64,000 bases of DNA from Balanoglossus misakiensis (lineage: Eukaryota; Animalia; Hemichordata): assembly GCA_040954595.2 (NCBI GenBank), contig CM082587.2, positions 12,054,153 through 12,118,152 of the forward strand, in the 5' to 3' direction. The position numbers and the translations under genes were made by a program. The notes under the pieces were generated by a model. That model was not told where the DNA came from and did no database searches. It saw only the letters and a program-made list of their open reading frames with translations. Shown in pieces: positions 12,466-24,846 of the stretch (position 1 is the first letter of the stretch; every line of letters begins with the position of its first letter).

Positions 12466-15454
12466 GTAATTATGGTAAAATTCTGAGGTTAAAGATCATT
12501 CTCTAGTTATAGCCCCCACTTTTTGAGGTGGTTTATCTGTATGTAAAGCTCACCATGTCAACCAGGAAATGATTCCATACCGACAGTAAAGTACAACTCA
12601 CGTGTAAAGTACATTGAAACCTGCCTAGTAAGGGCACCTCTGGGATCACACAACATGTCCTTTAAGGGTTACAGGCTCTCTCTCCCGCTCGCTGCCCCTT
12701 ATTCCATTAATTATATTTGTTACAAGACACTATTTATGTTATTCTACATGTGGATATATAGTGAATCAACATTCAACCACACACAAAGTATATACTGCTT
12801 GTGGACATGAGAGTGAAAAAACTCGCCAAAATGAATAATCAGTCTCTACCATTTATTCGTTTTGGGTGAGTTTTTACTCCCATATCATACACGCGGGATG
12901 GAAGTTGTGTATGGTTGAACGTTCATTCACTACATATACACATGTACATTAACATAAACAGTGTCTTGTATCAAACATTATTAATGGAAAAATGGGCAGC
13001 GAGAGAGAGACTTTGTCCCTTTAATAGAGAGGTGTCCTTAATAGAAATGTGCATGTAATATTCTATTCAAGCCATTACTTTTGTCTTGAACAATCTATCC
13101 TTAAAGGGGAAATCCGGTCCAGGTAATTTCTACATAATTTGGTAGCTTTGAGGTCACTCTTTCAGAAAAAAAAATATTCGTCATGTATAAGTCGTCAGAT
13201 TGTTTTACAAAATCGAGGGAAAGTTGGCAGAATTTCTAATATGGCGTTTACTGTAATTTGAATCATGGGAAAAAAAGCACCAGGACCAACTTCCACCCAC
13301 CTTGGTGTGGGTGATACCATTTTCCAATGGGTGTAACTGCGTGACTGCTTGGGTATCTGTTGCTAAGCAAATATTTGAAATCATAAAATCCAGATTCTAA
13401 AGTTCAAAGGACAAATATACAACTTGTTTACATGGCCATTGACAACCAATTCATCATATTGTGGTGATGTAGAACACCTTTTTTGTGGTTGTTAAAATTT
13501 TCATTACCCTAAATCGGTACTTCCGTAAAATGGTTGTAATATTTTTATTAATATTTATTACACATCACATATTATTATTCGCTCTTGGTTGGCTAATACT
13601 AAATATGCCAGAACTTCATGACCTCTGCACACGATCTGAGGCTTACAGAAGTTATTTCGCGAGTGATGCAGTGTATTCTGTTGCAGTACTTGCACAAGCC
13701 AAGCCTATTATTCCCCATCATTTCAATGCGTGGCCAATGAATTACACATCCTCCTGAAAATTGTTGGAAGGTGGGCAATCAGTTTCCATGGTTAAATCCT
13801 GGATGAAACACTGGTACAGGTTCAAGACAAGTTTCGTGACATTGTGTGAATCCACAGCAGAATTTTACATCAACTCTATAATCCTCCATTTTTGTAATGA
13901 TTGTGTTTCAGAAAAATCTGTGTCTAGTGGTGATACGAAAGAGGATGCCATAGTGAAACCTACAACCATAGCAACCACTACAACCACTACCACAACACAT
14001 CCACGGAAACCTGCATCAACAGTTACCATGGTTACAGGGCCTACCTCTGGTATGACCTCAAATCCTCTCAAATCAACTGTTGGAAGATCATCTCCAGGTA
14101 AAGTCTCCAGTGTTGCTTCCCAGCCATTGTCAAATTAAGTCCGCACATAATTACACCTCCAAGTGAAGTGTGATATATAGTAGAATTATGTAAAGCTGCT
14201 CTGCCAAGGTATGTTTATTTCAGGCAGGGGCACCTCCTGAAAAAAACATCACTTAGCCTCATGGGCTTTAATCAGATGTATCCTAAGTTGTAACAAGTGG
14301 GAAGCACTTATAGGCTGACCAAGTCAAATCAAGTTGCAGGTTTTAATGACTTTCCCAGGCACTGGTTATTTTAATTACCCAAGTTATAATTACTTATCAC
14401 CCAATACTCATGCAGTCTGATTTACTCTGTCAAAGTACCCTATGGGATATCCATGACAGATTGCAACAAATCCAGACTTGGTAGTTAAGTGTGGTATACC
14501 CATGGTAGCTTACTGTGTATGAAAACCATGAGAAAGATTACTATGATTCAGTTACGCCATCTTGTATTTGTATATGCCTTGAGTAGCATCTGTCACATGT
14601 CACCTGGACAACCAAGTCAAATTGGAAGTCAGTCTCCACAAAAAACTGTCGTCCTCTCAACAGAAACTGACTCAACCAAGTCAGCCCCAGATGCAGGGCC
14701 AAGTTCAAAGGACATCAATGCCTTCTGCCCAGCCTACCGCTTTTCCAAACCAACCAGTATCCACTGTCACAGCAAGCAGGACACATCCCAATGTGACTGT
14801 TTCAAGTATCTCCATGAGACAATTTTCATCCACCCAGGTACACTTGTGGTCTATCTTCTACTTTATGAGATTTAAATTAGCTGTTTCTAGTTACCCATCC
14901 TGTGAATTGAAAGCTTTTTTTGACTGTTTCACATAGCCTTGTCTTACCATTGCCTTTAAAGTAGACTATTTTTTTCAAAACACATTCAAAACTTCTGTTT
15001 TGGTTGCTAGAAGCCCACTCTGTCAATGCAAAGACTTATTTGGATAATGCCACAGACTCAGAGATCAATTCCAATTTTAATGAGATTAATGTGAAAAGCC
15101 TAAACCCAATCCTGTCCAAATGTCGGTGTGTGTGTTGAAAATGGGACTTCAAGAGTTGCAAGTTCAACATCGAATTAAAAATTGGAAGTCATGAATTAAA
15201 CATGGTGGTTTGAATACTGGCCTTGATAATGCTCCATACTAACTAGGTTTGTTACTCTTTTTGGACAGGCAATTTCACCACCAAAGATGACTTCCCAGCA
15301 GGCACCAGCTGCTGCACTGAAAGCCGTAGAAGGTGTCATGCAAATGGCAAATGCTAGTCAGTTCAGTAAGACTCCACCAATTGCTGATGTGAATCCTATC
15401 AACTCCAAACCCTAGAGATGGTCAGGTACTGATTCACAGCCACAAAGAGGTAGG

Positions 15455-15561
15455 TACAGTCAAACCTGTCTATACTGGCCAGTCAAGGGACTTTCCTAAA
15501 CTGGCATTTATAGACAGGTGGCTTCTATAGACGGGTCAATTAATGTGCAGATTTGACTGTC
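15455..15561. mobile_element. Tc1/pogo-type MITE
   Basis: TA-CAGTCAAACCTG ... CAGATTTGACTG. Confidence 0.55.
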
Positions 15562-16193
15562 AAATATGTTATGTTGCCACTGCAGTCATTTCGATTGGTT
15601 TGATTATACTTTGCCAAAACCTGAGGAAAAAAATATTCAAGTTCCCCTTTTCATATTCTCCTATCAATGGTATAATACGCCAATGTCATGGTAAAATTTT
15701 GGTGACATTTTCTGCTAACTGCTAAAGGCAAATTAACATTTGTTTTTTTTTTCAGTATTTTTCACTGAAGGAATTAACCCTAGTTTCTTGTTCAGCTCTG
15801 GATAGCTTTATGAAATGTTCAGTCTTTAGCTTTTCAACAGAACTTGTACATGAGTAATGGGCATTGTGTATATTAAATGAACTCAGACTAGAATTTATTT
15901 TTCAACAATAACAATGTTGAACAATATGTAGAACACCATTGTTTGAAAACCAAACTCTGAGTACCTTGATCGTGCCATCTGTTCAACCGTGTCATTAGTT
16001 CGACCTTCCACTATTCTTTCGATAATTAATTATTCTATAACCTCGAAGTGTTGGACCAGTGCGTAATTGCCTACTGTGAATTTCCAGCCATTTGTTTCTG
16101 GTTGAATTATTGGCGTGATTACGGTAATTCTTAATGTTTTACAGAGTAGAATAAGACATCACGGCTGATATCCAAAGTTAATGTTGGAGTTAT

Positions 16194-16509
16194 TTAAGCA
16201 ATAAAACACTCCCAGCCATGGTATATCACGAGATTTTGACCAGTTCATGACATATACGCACGAGTGATAGCGAGTGCGTATATGGAGTTGAACTGGTCAA
16301 AATCGAGTGGTATACCATGGCTGGAGGTGTTTTATTGCTATTATATCATGCCAGTATATTGAAACTTTGCATAAAACATTTTAAAAAGGCATTTTCTTTG
16401 ACTATGATAAATAACTGTGGTATATGACTAATATATCACAGTCACGTGTCGTGTCTCGACCAATAAAATAGCGTGATTTACACCATCAATATACTGGTAT
16501 ACTATAATA
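16194..16509 (+). mobile_element. ~315-bp hairpin-plus-subterminal-IR element (Crypton-like, tentative)
   Basis: A ~145-bp hairpin followed by the IR TATATCATGCCAGTATATT / AATATACTGGTATA. Copies lie at 17,609-17,924 (-), 18,028-18,341 (+) and a partial one at ~41,995-42,224. Confidence 0.7.
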
Positions 16510-17136
16510 ACGATTTAATACTACTCTGTTTACTTATGCAGTCATCGATGCAAACAGGAGTGCAGTCAACACAACCGACAGTACCTAATGTGAGCTGCTA
16601 GCAAGAATCCACCTGTCACCACTGGCACCAATGTTGTTCGAACTCTGACACAGCCACAAGTACATGTACAAAACCAGTCATTGGTATGTTATGTTATGAA
16701 CTGAGTTATAATACCCATCTATCCCTTTTGCCTGGCAAGTGACATTTTATCACTTTTCAGTATTTTAATAGAACTGCATTTGTATAATTTGTTACCTAAC
16801 ATGACATCAGAAGATGGCAGCTTGATGTCTTAACTGAGGACATTGGATGACCAGTAGATAAAGATTTTCTTTGATATCAATGACATCAGACGCAGTTCCG
16901 TTGGCATTCAAATTTCCAGCTAACGGGGAATTTCAGCAATGTGGTGCAAATGACGACTGTGCAGACGAATGCCAAGATGCTGTTGAGGCACCATGACTGA
17001 TACATGTTACCTGTCTGGTGGTTCTAAAGTATAAACACATATGGAAAAATATTATACGGGATACCACAATATTGTTTTCCCATTACCTGGAAATGACAAT
17101 GCTTTGTGTCACATGGCCAGATCATGTGATTGATAT

Positions 17137-17992
17137 TTAAGCAATAACCCCCACTGAAGGCGGGTATACGCGATATTTGGGTACAATTCGAGACATATAG
17201 CACGAGCCGTCAGGCGAGTGCTATATGGAGGAAATTGTACCCAAATCAAGTGTATACCCGACTGAGGCGGGGGTTATTGCCATTATATTATATCAACAAT
17301 TGTTTTTGTGGCATATCAGTGTCATTTTCTTACCGAAACTGAAATTACGATCGTGAACCAACATGGCGACGATGAATGTAAACACGAGCGGCCGGGATCG
17401 AGCATTAAACATGAAGCAGACGACAAAAAGTGACAAGACGGGCATCGCGCGTGACAAAGTGACAAATATTTTCACAGAGCAGTTCCAAAATGAAACATCT
17501 GTTCATTCAACAGTATTTTTGTTTTATTTATTTGATTTAAACATGCGCGACTGTGGTTTAACCGCACATTTTTGCTGCCATATGCTAGTTCAGCAGTGCA
17601 TTATTGAGTATTATATTATACCAGTATATTGATGGTGTAAATCACGCTATTTGATTGGTCGAGACACGACACGTGACCGTGATATATTAGCAATATACCA
17701 CAGTCATATATCATAGTCAAAGAAAATGCCTTTTTAAAATGTTTTATGCAAAGTTTCAATATAACGGCATAATATAATAGCAATAAAACACCCCCAGCCA
17801 TGGTATACCACTCGATTTTGATCAGTTCAACTCCATATACGCACAATCGATAGCGAGTGCGTATATGTTGTGAACTGGTCAAAATCTCGTGGTATACCAT
17901 GGCTGGGGGTGTTTTATTGCTTAATTTTAGCATCGCTGGATTGAGCTCTCATCCAATCAGAATTGTGGACGGTAGCATGATATAATATAATA
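17137..17992 (+). mobile_element. Second hairpin-type element containing an inverted copy of the 315-bp family
   Basis: TTAAGCAATAACCCCC...GGGGGTTATTGC hairpin, then ATTATATTATATCA ... TGATATAATATAAT. A nested insert occupies 17,609-17,924. Confidence 0.65.
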
Positions 17993-18027
17993 CAGAATTA
18001 TTTACAGTCATGATTTGTATGTGTTAT

Positions 18028-18341
18028 TTAAGCAATAAAACACCCCCAGCCATGGTATACCACGAGATTTTGACCAGTTCACGACATATACGCACGAGCG
18101 ATAGCGAGTGCGTATATGGAGTTGAACTGGTCAAAATCGAGTGGTATACCATGGCTGGGGGTGTTTTATTGCTATTATATTATGCCAGTATATTGAAACT
18201 TTGCATAAAACATTTTAAAAAGGCATTTTCTTTGACTATGATATATGACTGTGGTATATGGCTAATATATCACGGTCACGTGTCGTGTCTCGACCAATCA
18301 AATAGCGTGATTTACACCATCAATATACTGGTATAATATAA
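18028..18341 (+). mobile_element. 315-bp hairpin element, present in copy A only
   Basis: Copy B has the empty site GTGTTAT|TACAGG at ~42,321-42,333. No clear TSD. Confidence 0.85.
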
Positions 18342-18346
18342 TACAG

Positions 18347-18515
18347 GATAATACCAGTACTTCACTACCGATGGATCTGGACATACCAGTGCCCTCTACA
18401 GCTCAAGTGCATCAAGTTGACTCACCAGCAGCAAGTTGATCCACAACAACAAAAACAACAACAACAACAACAGCAGAAAAGTGTTGTTTGGCACGGAGCC
18501 TTGGAATGGCAAGAG
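18347..18515 (+). pseudogene. MED25: MED25 exon at the start of the ACID/PTOV domain, copy A
   Basis: Encodes QQQQKSVVWHGALEWQE followed by a GT donor, matching MED25 LAWSGVLEWQE. Confidence 0.8.
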
Positions 18516-18697
18516 GTGTGTACAGCTCACATACAAATAACTAATTAAAACAATTGACTGTAGGTCAATGGGGTTATTGTGGTTGGATCATGTTGGATAG
18601 TGAGCATTTTTCGATAAACGATTTGATTTTTAGGGTGCTTCCAGATGTATCTTTGGAGGGTACACATTACACAAATTATGAGCTTGGCTGAACAACG

Positions 18698-18865
18698 TGT
18701 GGTAGTACCCATCAAGGAAGTACACAGATTGGTCTTTCATCCAGAGGCACACAGTGTACATGCAATGCAATCATTTCCCTTTGTATGTCTTAACAAAGCA
18801 ACCTTATACGACAGAAGCAGATTTAGATAAAAAATTTCATCTGGGTGATAAACTATATAAGTCCA
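18698..18865 (+). pseudogene. Peptidase C76 / herpes-tegument-type cysteine protease fragment, frameshifted (copy at ~42,665-42,830)
   Basis: CGSTHQGSTQIGLSSRGTQCTCNAIISL, then in a shifted frame DLDKKFHLGDKLY. This fits the GSxHQG...GxQCxxN...LDxxLxxGDxLY pattern. Confidence 0.6.
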
Positions 18866-19255
18866 CTGTTACTTGGGATTTGAAACTCAATGATAATTTT
18901 GTTAGTGACATTCTCGTGTTGGATGACCTACAACACTTTGTATTCATTAATTCATTGCATAAGTAGAGGTGAAATATTTAAATAATAACACATGTTAGCG
19001 AGGGCAATATCATGATCTTTGGCCTGCACAAGGGATGGTGATTGGAGTCAATTTTTTCCCCACATCAATCACTTGGTGCCATGTTTCAAAACTCACGCAC
19101 TGTGGAGTTCCAGTTTATGAATAACAGCCAGGAAGCATACATATCTCTCTTCAGAATAATGTCTGGAGGATTTGTAAGTATTATCTTATAATTGCACTGT
19201 AAAATTAAAGGATCATGTCAATTGTACTGCCATGCACCTGCAACTGACACTCCAG

Positions 19256-19378
19256 ATATGAATGAATGTCACAGTGGTGGAAATGCATGTCAACACTGTT
19301 GTATGAATACCCATGGTAGTTATCTCTGCGCTTGCAGACCAGGATTCTATCTGCTGGAAGATGGCCATGCATGTGGCG
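19256..19378 (+). pseudogene. Calcium-binding EGF exon 1 (copy B at 44,076-44,198)
   Basis: 123-bp phase-1/1 exon DMNECHSGGNACQHCCMNTHGSYLCACRPGFYLLEDGHACG. Confidence 0.85.
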
Positions 19379-19395
19379 GTATGTAACTGTGGATT

Positions 19396-19539
19396 TTGGT
19401 CTCTTCTGTGGCTACATTGTTTGGGGATTGTATATTGCTATGGTTACAATCAGCTAAACATTGGTCTCTTCTGTGGCTACATTGTTTGGGGATTATATAT
19501 TGCTATGGTTACAATCAGTTAAACATTGGTCTCTTCTGT
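19396..19539. repeat. 65-bp tandem repeat; the third unit is interrupted by an insertion
   Basis: Unit TTGGTCTCTTCTGTGGCTACA...CAGCTAAACA. Three uninterrupted units occur at ~44,216-44,412. Confidence 0.85.
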
Positions 19540-20287
19540 AGTGCCTTTCTCACGTGCCGTCAACGCCGCCCCAGCGGCTGCCCTAGGGCGGCGTTAATTT
19601 GTAAGTGCCACGTGTGAAAAGGTGAGAGCGGCCCTGCGCCGCTCTTTTTTGTGACGGTGTTGAGGGGTGGGACCTGGGTCGGGGCGCCGCACTAAACAGC
19701 GATTCAAATCACGTGTGAACAGAAACACCGCACTAAACGCCGATCTAAACACACTCTGCCGGCGCGGTTTGTCTCATTAAGCGCTGCATTAAGCGTTGAG
19801 GTTCACTTTACTAAAACAATGGCCGAAGCAGTGTCTCGAGGCAACAATTGGAGTGACGCAGAAATGGCCAAGGCACATACAAAGGAATTGCAAACTCGAC
19901 CTCCGACGACGATTTAGTAGCATGGACTGCAGACTTCCAGGCGCAACCTCCAATGAAAGGTTACCATAAACCGGTATCGGTTCATTCAAATGCCCATGAA
20001 ATCGGCGTCGGCGACGTTTAAAAAGCAAATTCAGGAGTACCATATACAGTAGCTCTGGACTTATACGCTGTTTGGGTATAAGTCCAGAGCTACATATACA
20101 GTAAACACATCACTGAATCCGCCATTGCGACCTTTAGCCACGCTGCTGTGGACGCATTGAGTGCGGTGATCCCGTCCCTTTTATACACATGTGAATGCAA
20201 AACTATTTGAGTCGCTGATAAGAAATGTTTACCAACTTTTATAATCCCAAAAAGGGCGCCCTAATCATTGCACGTGTGCAAGCGACT
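19540..20287 (+). mobile_element. Harbinger-like non-autonomous element with a Myb/SANT-like fragment
   Basis: Imperfect TIRs AGTGCCTTTCTCACGTG / CACGTGTGCAAGCGACT. TSD TGT is confirmed by the empty site in copy B. Internal MAEAVSRGNNWSDAE starts at 19,819. Confidence 0.65.
20050..20092. mobile_element. 43-bp minimal MITE with a 9-bp TSD (AcademH-like)
   Basis: CATATACAG-[TAGCTCTGGACTTATAC gctgtttgg GTATAAGTCCAGAGCTA]-CATATACAG. Confidence 0.85.
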
Positions 20288-21280
20288 TGTGGCTACACTG
20301 TTTGGGGATTGCATATTGCTATGGTTACAATCAGCTAAACACACATCCTGTCTATCCATTGCACACATTTTAAAATTTGTAATCAACCGCACACTTGTAC
20401 TGAACACATGTTTGTTGAAATTGTATCTTAGAATTGTTCCAATTATAATTATGCATAATATAAACAAATTAACAAATGTGAAAACTTATCTTTGAAAATG
20501 TGTTTGCAAGGGTGAAGAAGTAATCTGTATTTTAAAAATCAGACAAAGTTTTGCTGACAGGGTACACAAGTTTCAGGGGATTTTGGAGAGAGTGTTAAAA
20601 TTCCTAGGAAGAGATTGCCATGGATATTGAGGACTTTGGTGTAAACACAATTAATTGATCAAGAAATATGTGGTTAAGAATATGTGTCATCAACCTCACA
20701 CGACACTATAAGACTGTCTGATATATTCATGTACAAGTATTTTCACTACTTATTTGCATAATTCAATGAAATTAACATAAATTATCAACCTATAGCTAAG
20801 TAAATTACCTCTGCAAAGAATAAATATACACTTAGAAAATTCATATAGTTTTCATCTCATTACAAAATGCTTCTCTGAGGGGACAGTAATTTTTAACGGG
20901 TATATTCTTGATAACTCATCACCGTGAATGATCATTTCAAAACTTAACAAGGCATATGGCTAAAGAGGATTCAGTGTTTGTGCACCTTCTATCCACAATG
21001 CTGGATCTATTGACAGTTTTCAAAGGGGTTTTTAAGACTCGTCCTTTTATTCAGCACTATTTCATTCCATTGCTTTTTTGGTTTATAGGGATTGTCTTTC
21101 AGAACTGTTTCTGTTTGTTTGGGGTTTTTAAGTGTAATTTTTATCCTTTAAGCTTTCACTTGTTTTCTAATTTTATTATTTTCTGTAGAAAATGCACTGA
21201 GATGTATGTGTATTACTTTTGTTAGGAAATAAATAATAATAAATTTATTAATAATAACTACCTTTGATTTCAGATTTCAG

Positions 21281-21401
21281 ATTTTTCTCAATGAATATAT
21301 GGAGAGAGCAGATCTTTGTGGAGGCCAGTGTGTGAATACAGCAGGCTCTTTTTATTGCACTTGTGCTGTGGAATATTGATTGGTCAATGGAGAGTGTACA
21401 G
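21281..21401 (+). pseudogene. Calcium-binding EGF exon 2, inactivated (copies at 27,089-27,209 and 46,156-46,272)
   Basis: Copy B reads DVNEYMERADLCGGQCVNTAGSFYCTCAVEY*LVNGECT. The first Cys is lost and the stop codon is shared by all copies. Confidence 0.85.
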
Positions 21402-21423
21402 GTAAGATCAACACAATATAGAA

Positions 21424-21790
21424 ATAATGCACAACGCCCTGACCATTAACGTTTGTTTTTGGGCAAGGGCGAGGGGAAAGCCCAAAATTCATGGGCAAGG
21501 CTTCTGAGCCCATGAAATTTGGCTTTCCTAGAGCCCGAGCCCTACATTTATTTCCATTACATTACCAACAATCTCAAGAAAACCATCAATATTTATGAAA
21601 ATGTCCCACACACAAGACTAGGGGCCCCAGAACTTGTGTTATGCAAAATGTTGTGTTCACTGAACTATTTGCTAATATTACTATTCAGATTTACGGGCAT
21701 GTAAACAAACCATTACTGGGTATTTGTGGTCAGTGATGTCGTTCATCTTGCCCAATTAAAATGCGACGCACAGACCATGGTAATATAATA
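21424..21790 (+). mobile_element. Decayed hairpin-type element
   Basis: Hairpin GGAAAGCCCAAAATTCATGGGC...GCCCATGAAATTTGGCTTTCC, plus the IR ATTACATTACCA / TGGTAATATAAT. Confidence 0.5.
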
Positions 21791-23195
21791 TGTGGGCAAC
21801 GAAAGGTCCTATATCTGTAACTTTTGAATTTTTATTCAGTATTATGCTTGTTATCAACCATCATTTCTTGTTCAGCTCGGTGAAGCAGGGTAAGCAATGT
21901 TGTTATTGTTTAAAAATTGTATTCAAGCCTGGGTCTGGACTTGGATGCAATTTGTCAATAATAACAGTGATTGGTAACTGCATGTTTTCATAACTGGCTA
22001 TCTGTTAAAGAGACCATTTGCTGTGTGTACAGTACACATGCCATTGGCAGCTTATGGGTCAGCCAGTGTTTGCCTGTTAATCTCTCGTTGTGTATGTGTG
22101 TCTGTACAGTCAGATCGCATGGTACTCATTAACATATGTTAATGAGGGAAAGTACTTCATACCATGTAGCCGTTACCGTGGGCCCCGCTGAAGGGTCGCG
22201 AAATAGGCCATTTTTTTACGCGACATTATAGACCTGATTTCAGGCGAACAGGACTGTGTACAAAATTGAGTATAGACAACTCAGGTTTTAAAGGATTTTC
22301 ATCATTTCCACTGTGTCAATGTCAGTACATCCTTGCTATGAGAAAAAGCCATCCCTTGTGTACTTCGTGCTTATCGCGGGCAAACAATTTGTTTAAAATC
22401 CCTGATTTTGATATGGTGCAAACATTTCACCAACAAACTAACACACCATTTGCCCTTACTCAAGACAGCCTGATTTGTTTGAAATGATATAAAACATTTG
22501 TTGCTTTAGCGGAAAAAGCAAGGTGTAGTATTCAACAAGGCCTAATTATGTCGAGTGATATAGCACTTGCTGAAGAAATTAAAAAATATGTCACAATGCT
22601 ACAAAAAGGCTGCAGCTGTGACACCGACTTGGTGAATTTTGCATGCTGGAAAACTGCTGTCTTTTTAGGAGAAGTGCTCCTCAGAAAACACGCCATTCTA
22701 TTGTTTGACGTCAGGCAATATTTCAATGATTGTTTAGATGATGAATATCAGACTTTGCGACCCAAGGTCAAGGTACAACCAGTGGAATTCCACAGAAAAC
22801 CTAATAGCTGGCTTATTCGGGAATTTCTATGTGTGTATTATCCAATTCACTTTTCTGTTGTATCAAAAGTGAGTAGAAAGTTCTCCACCTTTTTGTACCG
22901 AACGTGTTCAGATCTCACTATTCCCTCCAAAATGCACTTGTCGAACATCCCCAGTATGTTGTGCAAGCTGAGAAACAGATAGAGAGGCTTGAAAAGCAAG
23001 TATGAGACTTGAGTAAAGTTGACGTTGACTTTTTCAAAATGCTTGATTTGGTGGCTGTGAAATTAAATGTCAGCATTTATCAGCAATCTTAAAAATTCAG
23101 TAATTACTGCAAAACAAACACAGTTGATCTGAGTACACTTGATGTTGAATATATTGTCAGTGAGATTGACCCTGTGTTATGGAATACTATTTTTA

Positions 23196-23685
23196 TATAT
23201 AATCCCATGATATTTTTCTTTGTTTGACGTCATCGTATACGAGTGTTTTCGCAGAGCCGTGCAACTTCGAGCTGTAGGCAAGAAGTTGCTAGACTCCGCG
23301 AAAACCACGAGTATACGATGACGTTAAATAAAGAAAAATATCATGGGATTATATATTTATCACATGAACAGTCTTCTTATTTTTCGTTAGAAGAGGTAGG
23401 ATACAATATTCCAATATCCCGCTAAAATATTCGAGCGGCCTTGTAGTTTATTTAGCGGGATTACGTTCTTTCCCCTGTGCAACGATCTGTGGCCCCAACG
23501 AGATATGCTAATTATGGAATCACTTTCATTCATAAAGTGAAATCGACTTTCAAGTTTTTACACTTTTGCGTCTTGTCTACCAATCAGATTCGCGGAGTCA
23601 GTCACATGGGCCAGAATTTTGATACATTCTGCCTGTCAATCATTGTCTCGCGCTGTGTACATGTCAACACAACGTCCTAGCAATT
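23196..23685 (+). mobile_element. Hairpin-type element inside the Academ ORF, truncated in copy A
   Basis: A 160-bp near-perfect palindrome at 23,196-23,355 followed by TTTATCACATGAAC. The full element in copy B runs 50,836-53,832 and ends GTTCATGTGATAAA. Confidence 0.75.
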
Positions 23686-23952
23686 CGTTGAACAACAGTG
23701 AATGCAGTAAATTAAAAAGCCCCAACTTTGAATGCAATAAACACTACTATGGATTTTATGACCAGCACTCTATGGAGAGTAGAGCACGATTCCTCAGGCG
23801 TTTGTTTTGTGTGTATGATATTGTTCACTTGTTCTGATCATTGTACTTACCCATTGTATACTTACCTGGCTGACATTGGTGAAGGTTATAGTAGGTCATC
23901 TACTCTAGTGAAAATTCTAAATTGATTTGGTATTATTTGTTCTGGAGATACA

Positions 23953-24846
23953 TTGCATAGATACATGTTGGGAGTTATCAACAAAAGAACATCAGCTGAT
24001 TTCACAGAGGAAAATATTGCAAATAATGCATTTTGTATAACTTCCATTGACAATATTGATAAATCAGCTAAATATGCAGCTGTTAGAGCTGATCCAAAGG
24101 ACAGAGGTTTCCACGGTACTTCTTATCAAATGGTCCAACCAAAACCAAAGTCAATTTTGAACAGTGTTGATGATATTGTTTTTGGCAGTCATGACAAACA
24201 TTCAACTGTCAAAGATTTTAAGCTAATCAACATATATGGTGATGGAAGGTGCTTTTTCAGGAGCATCTCTGTGAGAAATGATATTGCATTGCAAAATTGC
24301 GATCATTTACCTAGTGGACTCCCTTCTGACCCAATTTTAGCTGACCGAGAGAAAATATTCGCAGACAAGTTAAGAGCAGATACAGTAGACATAATGCGTG
24401 CCAATCATATATACTTTGAAGGAATGGATGATGCACAACTTGATGTCCTGTTAGACGGCACTCGTTATATGGACATTTTGCACAGAACACAATGTATGGA
24501 AAAGGCAGATGAATATGCTGGTATGCCAGAAATGATATCTGTAGTGTATGTTGCAAAATGTCCATTACATATATACACCAAGCAGAATGATATATTTGCA
24601 AGAGGTGATGGTGATGTGTTCTCCAAGACTGAGCCTGTCTGTCTCTTGTACACACCAGACAGGCCAGGTCAACCAGGCCATTATGATTTGCTTCTTAACA
24701 GGCAGTTAATTAAAAGTAAAGATAGTCTGGTGAGTGAAAATGCACGGAATTCATTTGAACGGTGGCAGGAATTAAACAGTGGCTTTTGTTCACAAAATAC
24801 AGTAGACTATGAAATGAATGAAATTTTTGGCAATTTGTGGAAATAA
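23953..24846 (+). pseudogene. Open segment of the Academ gene: first catalytic-Asp motif fused to an OTU cysteine protease (copies at 29,761-30,654 and 54,101-54,994)
   Basis: A single frame contains SIDNIDK/FHGTSYQ, then IYGDGRCFFRSIS, LRADTVD, EYAGMPEM and PGHYDLL, i.e. the OTU Cys and His boxes. Confidence 0.85.

Larger units (their letters stand above)
13912..16683 (+). pseudogene. MED25: Four low-complexity exons, probably the MED25 linker/SD1 region (13,912-14,097; ~14,588-14,837; 15,269-15,449; 16,542-16,683)
   Basis: AG/GT-bounded S/T/P/Q-rich exons lying between two recognisable MED25 exons. SQQAPAAALKAVE resembles MED25 SAAQVAAQNAVE. There is an in-frame TAG near 15,413 and apparent frameshifts. 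Confidence 0.6.

Noticed and set aside
17616-18336. Pair of similar 105-108 aa ORFs on opposite strands
   Set aside because: They are chance read-throughs of two inverted copies of the 315-bp hairpin element.
12367-18515. Functional MED25 gene
   Set aside because: Most VWA and ACID exons are missing, there is an in-frame stop and frameshifts, and copy B has a further deletion.
22167-22182. TAGCCGTTACCGTGGG as the Academ left TIR, pairing with CCCACGGTAAACGTA at ~60,819
   Set aside because: Only about 10 bp match, the match does not extend and there is no TSD.
23953-24846. Stand-alone host OTU gene such as vertnin or OTUD
   Set aside because: The ORF has no native start (it begins at TTG), has no introns, and is embedded in a continuous transposase motif series.
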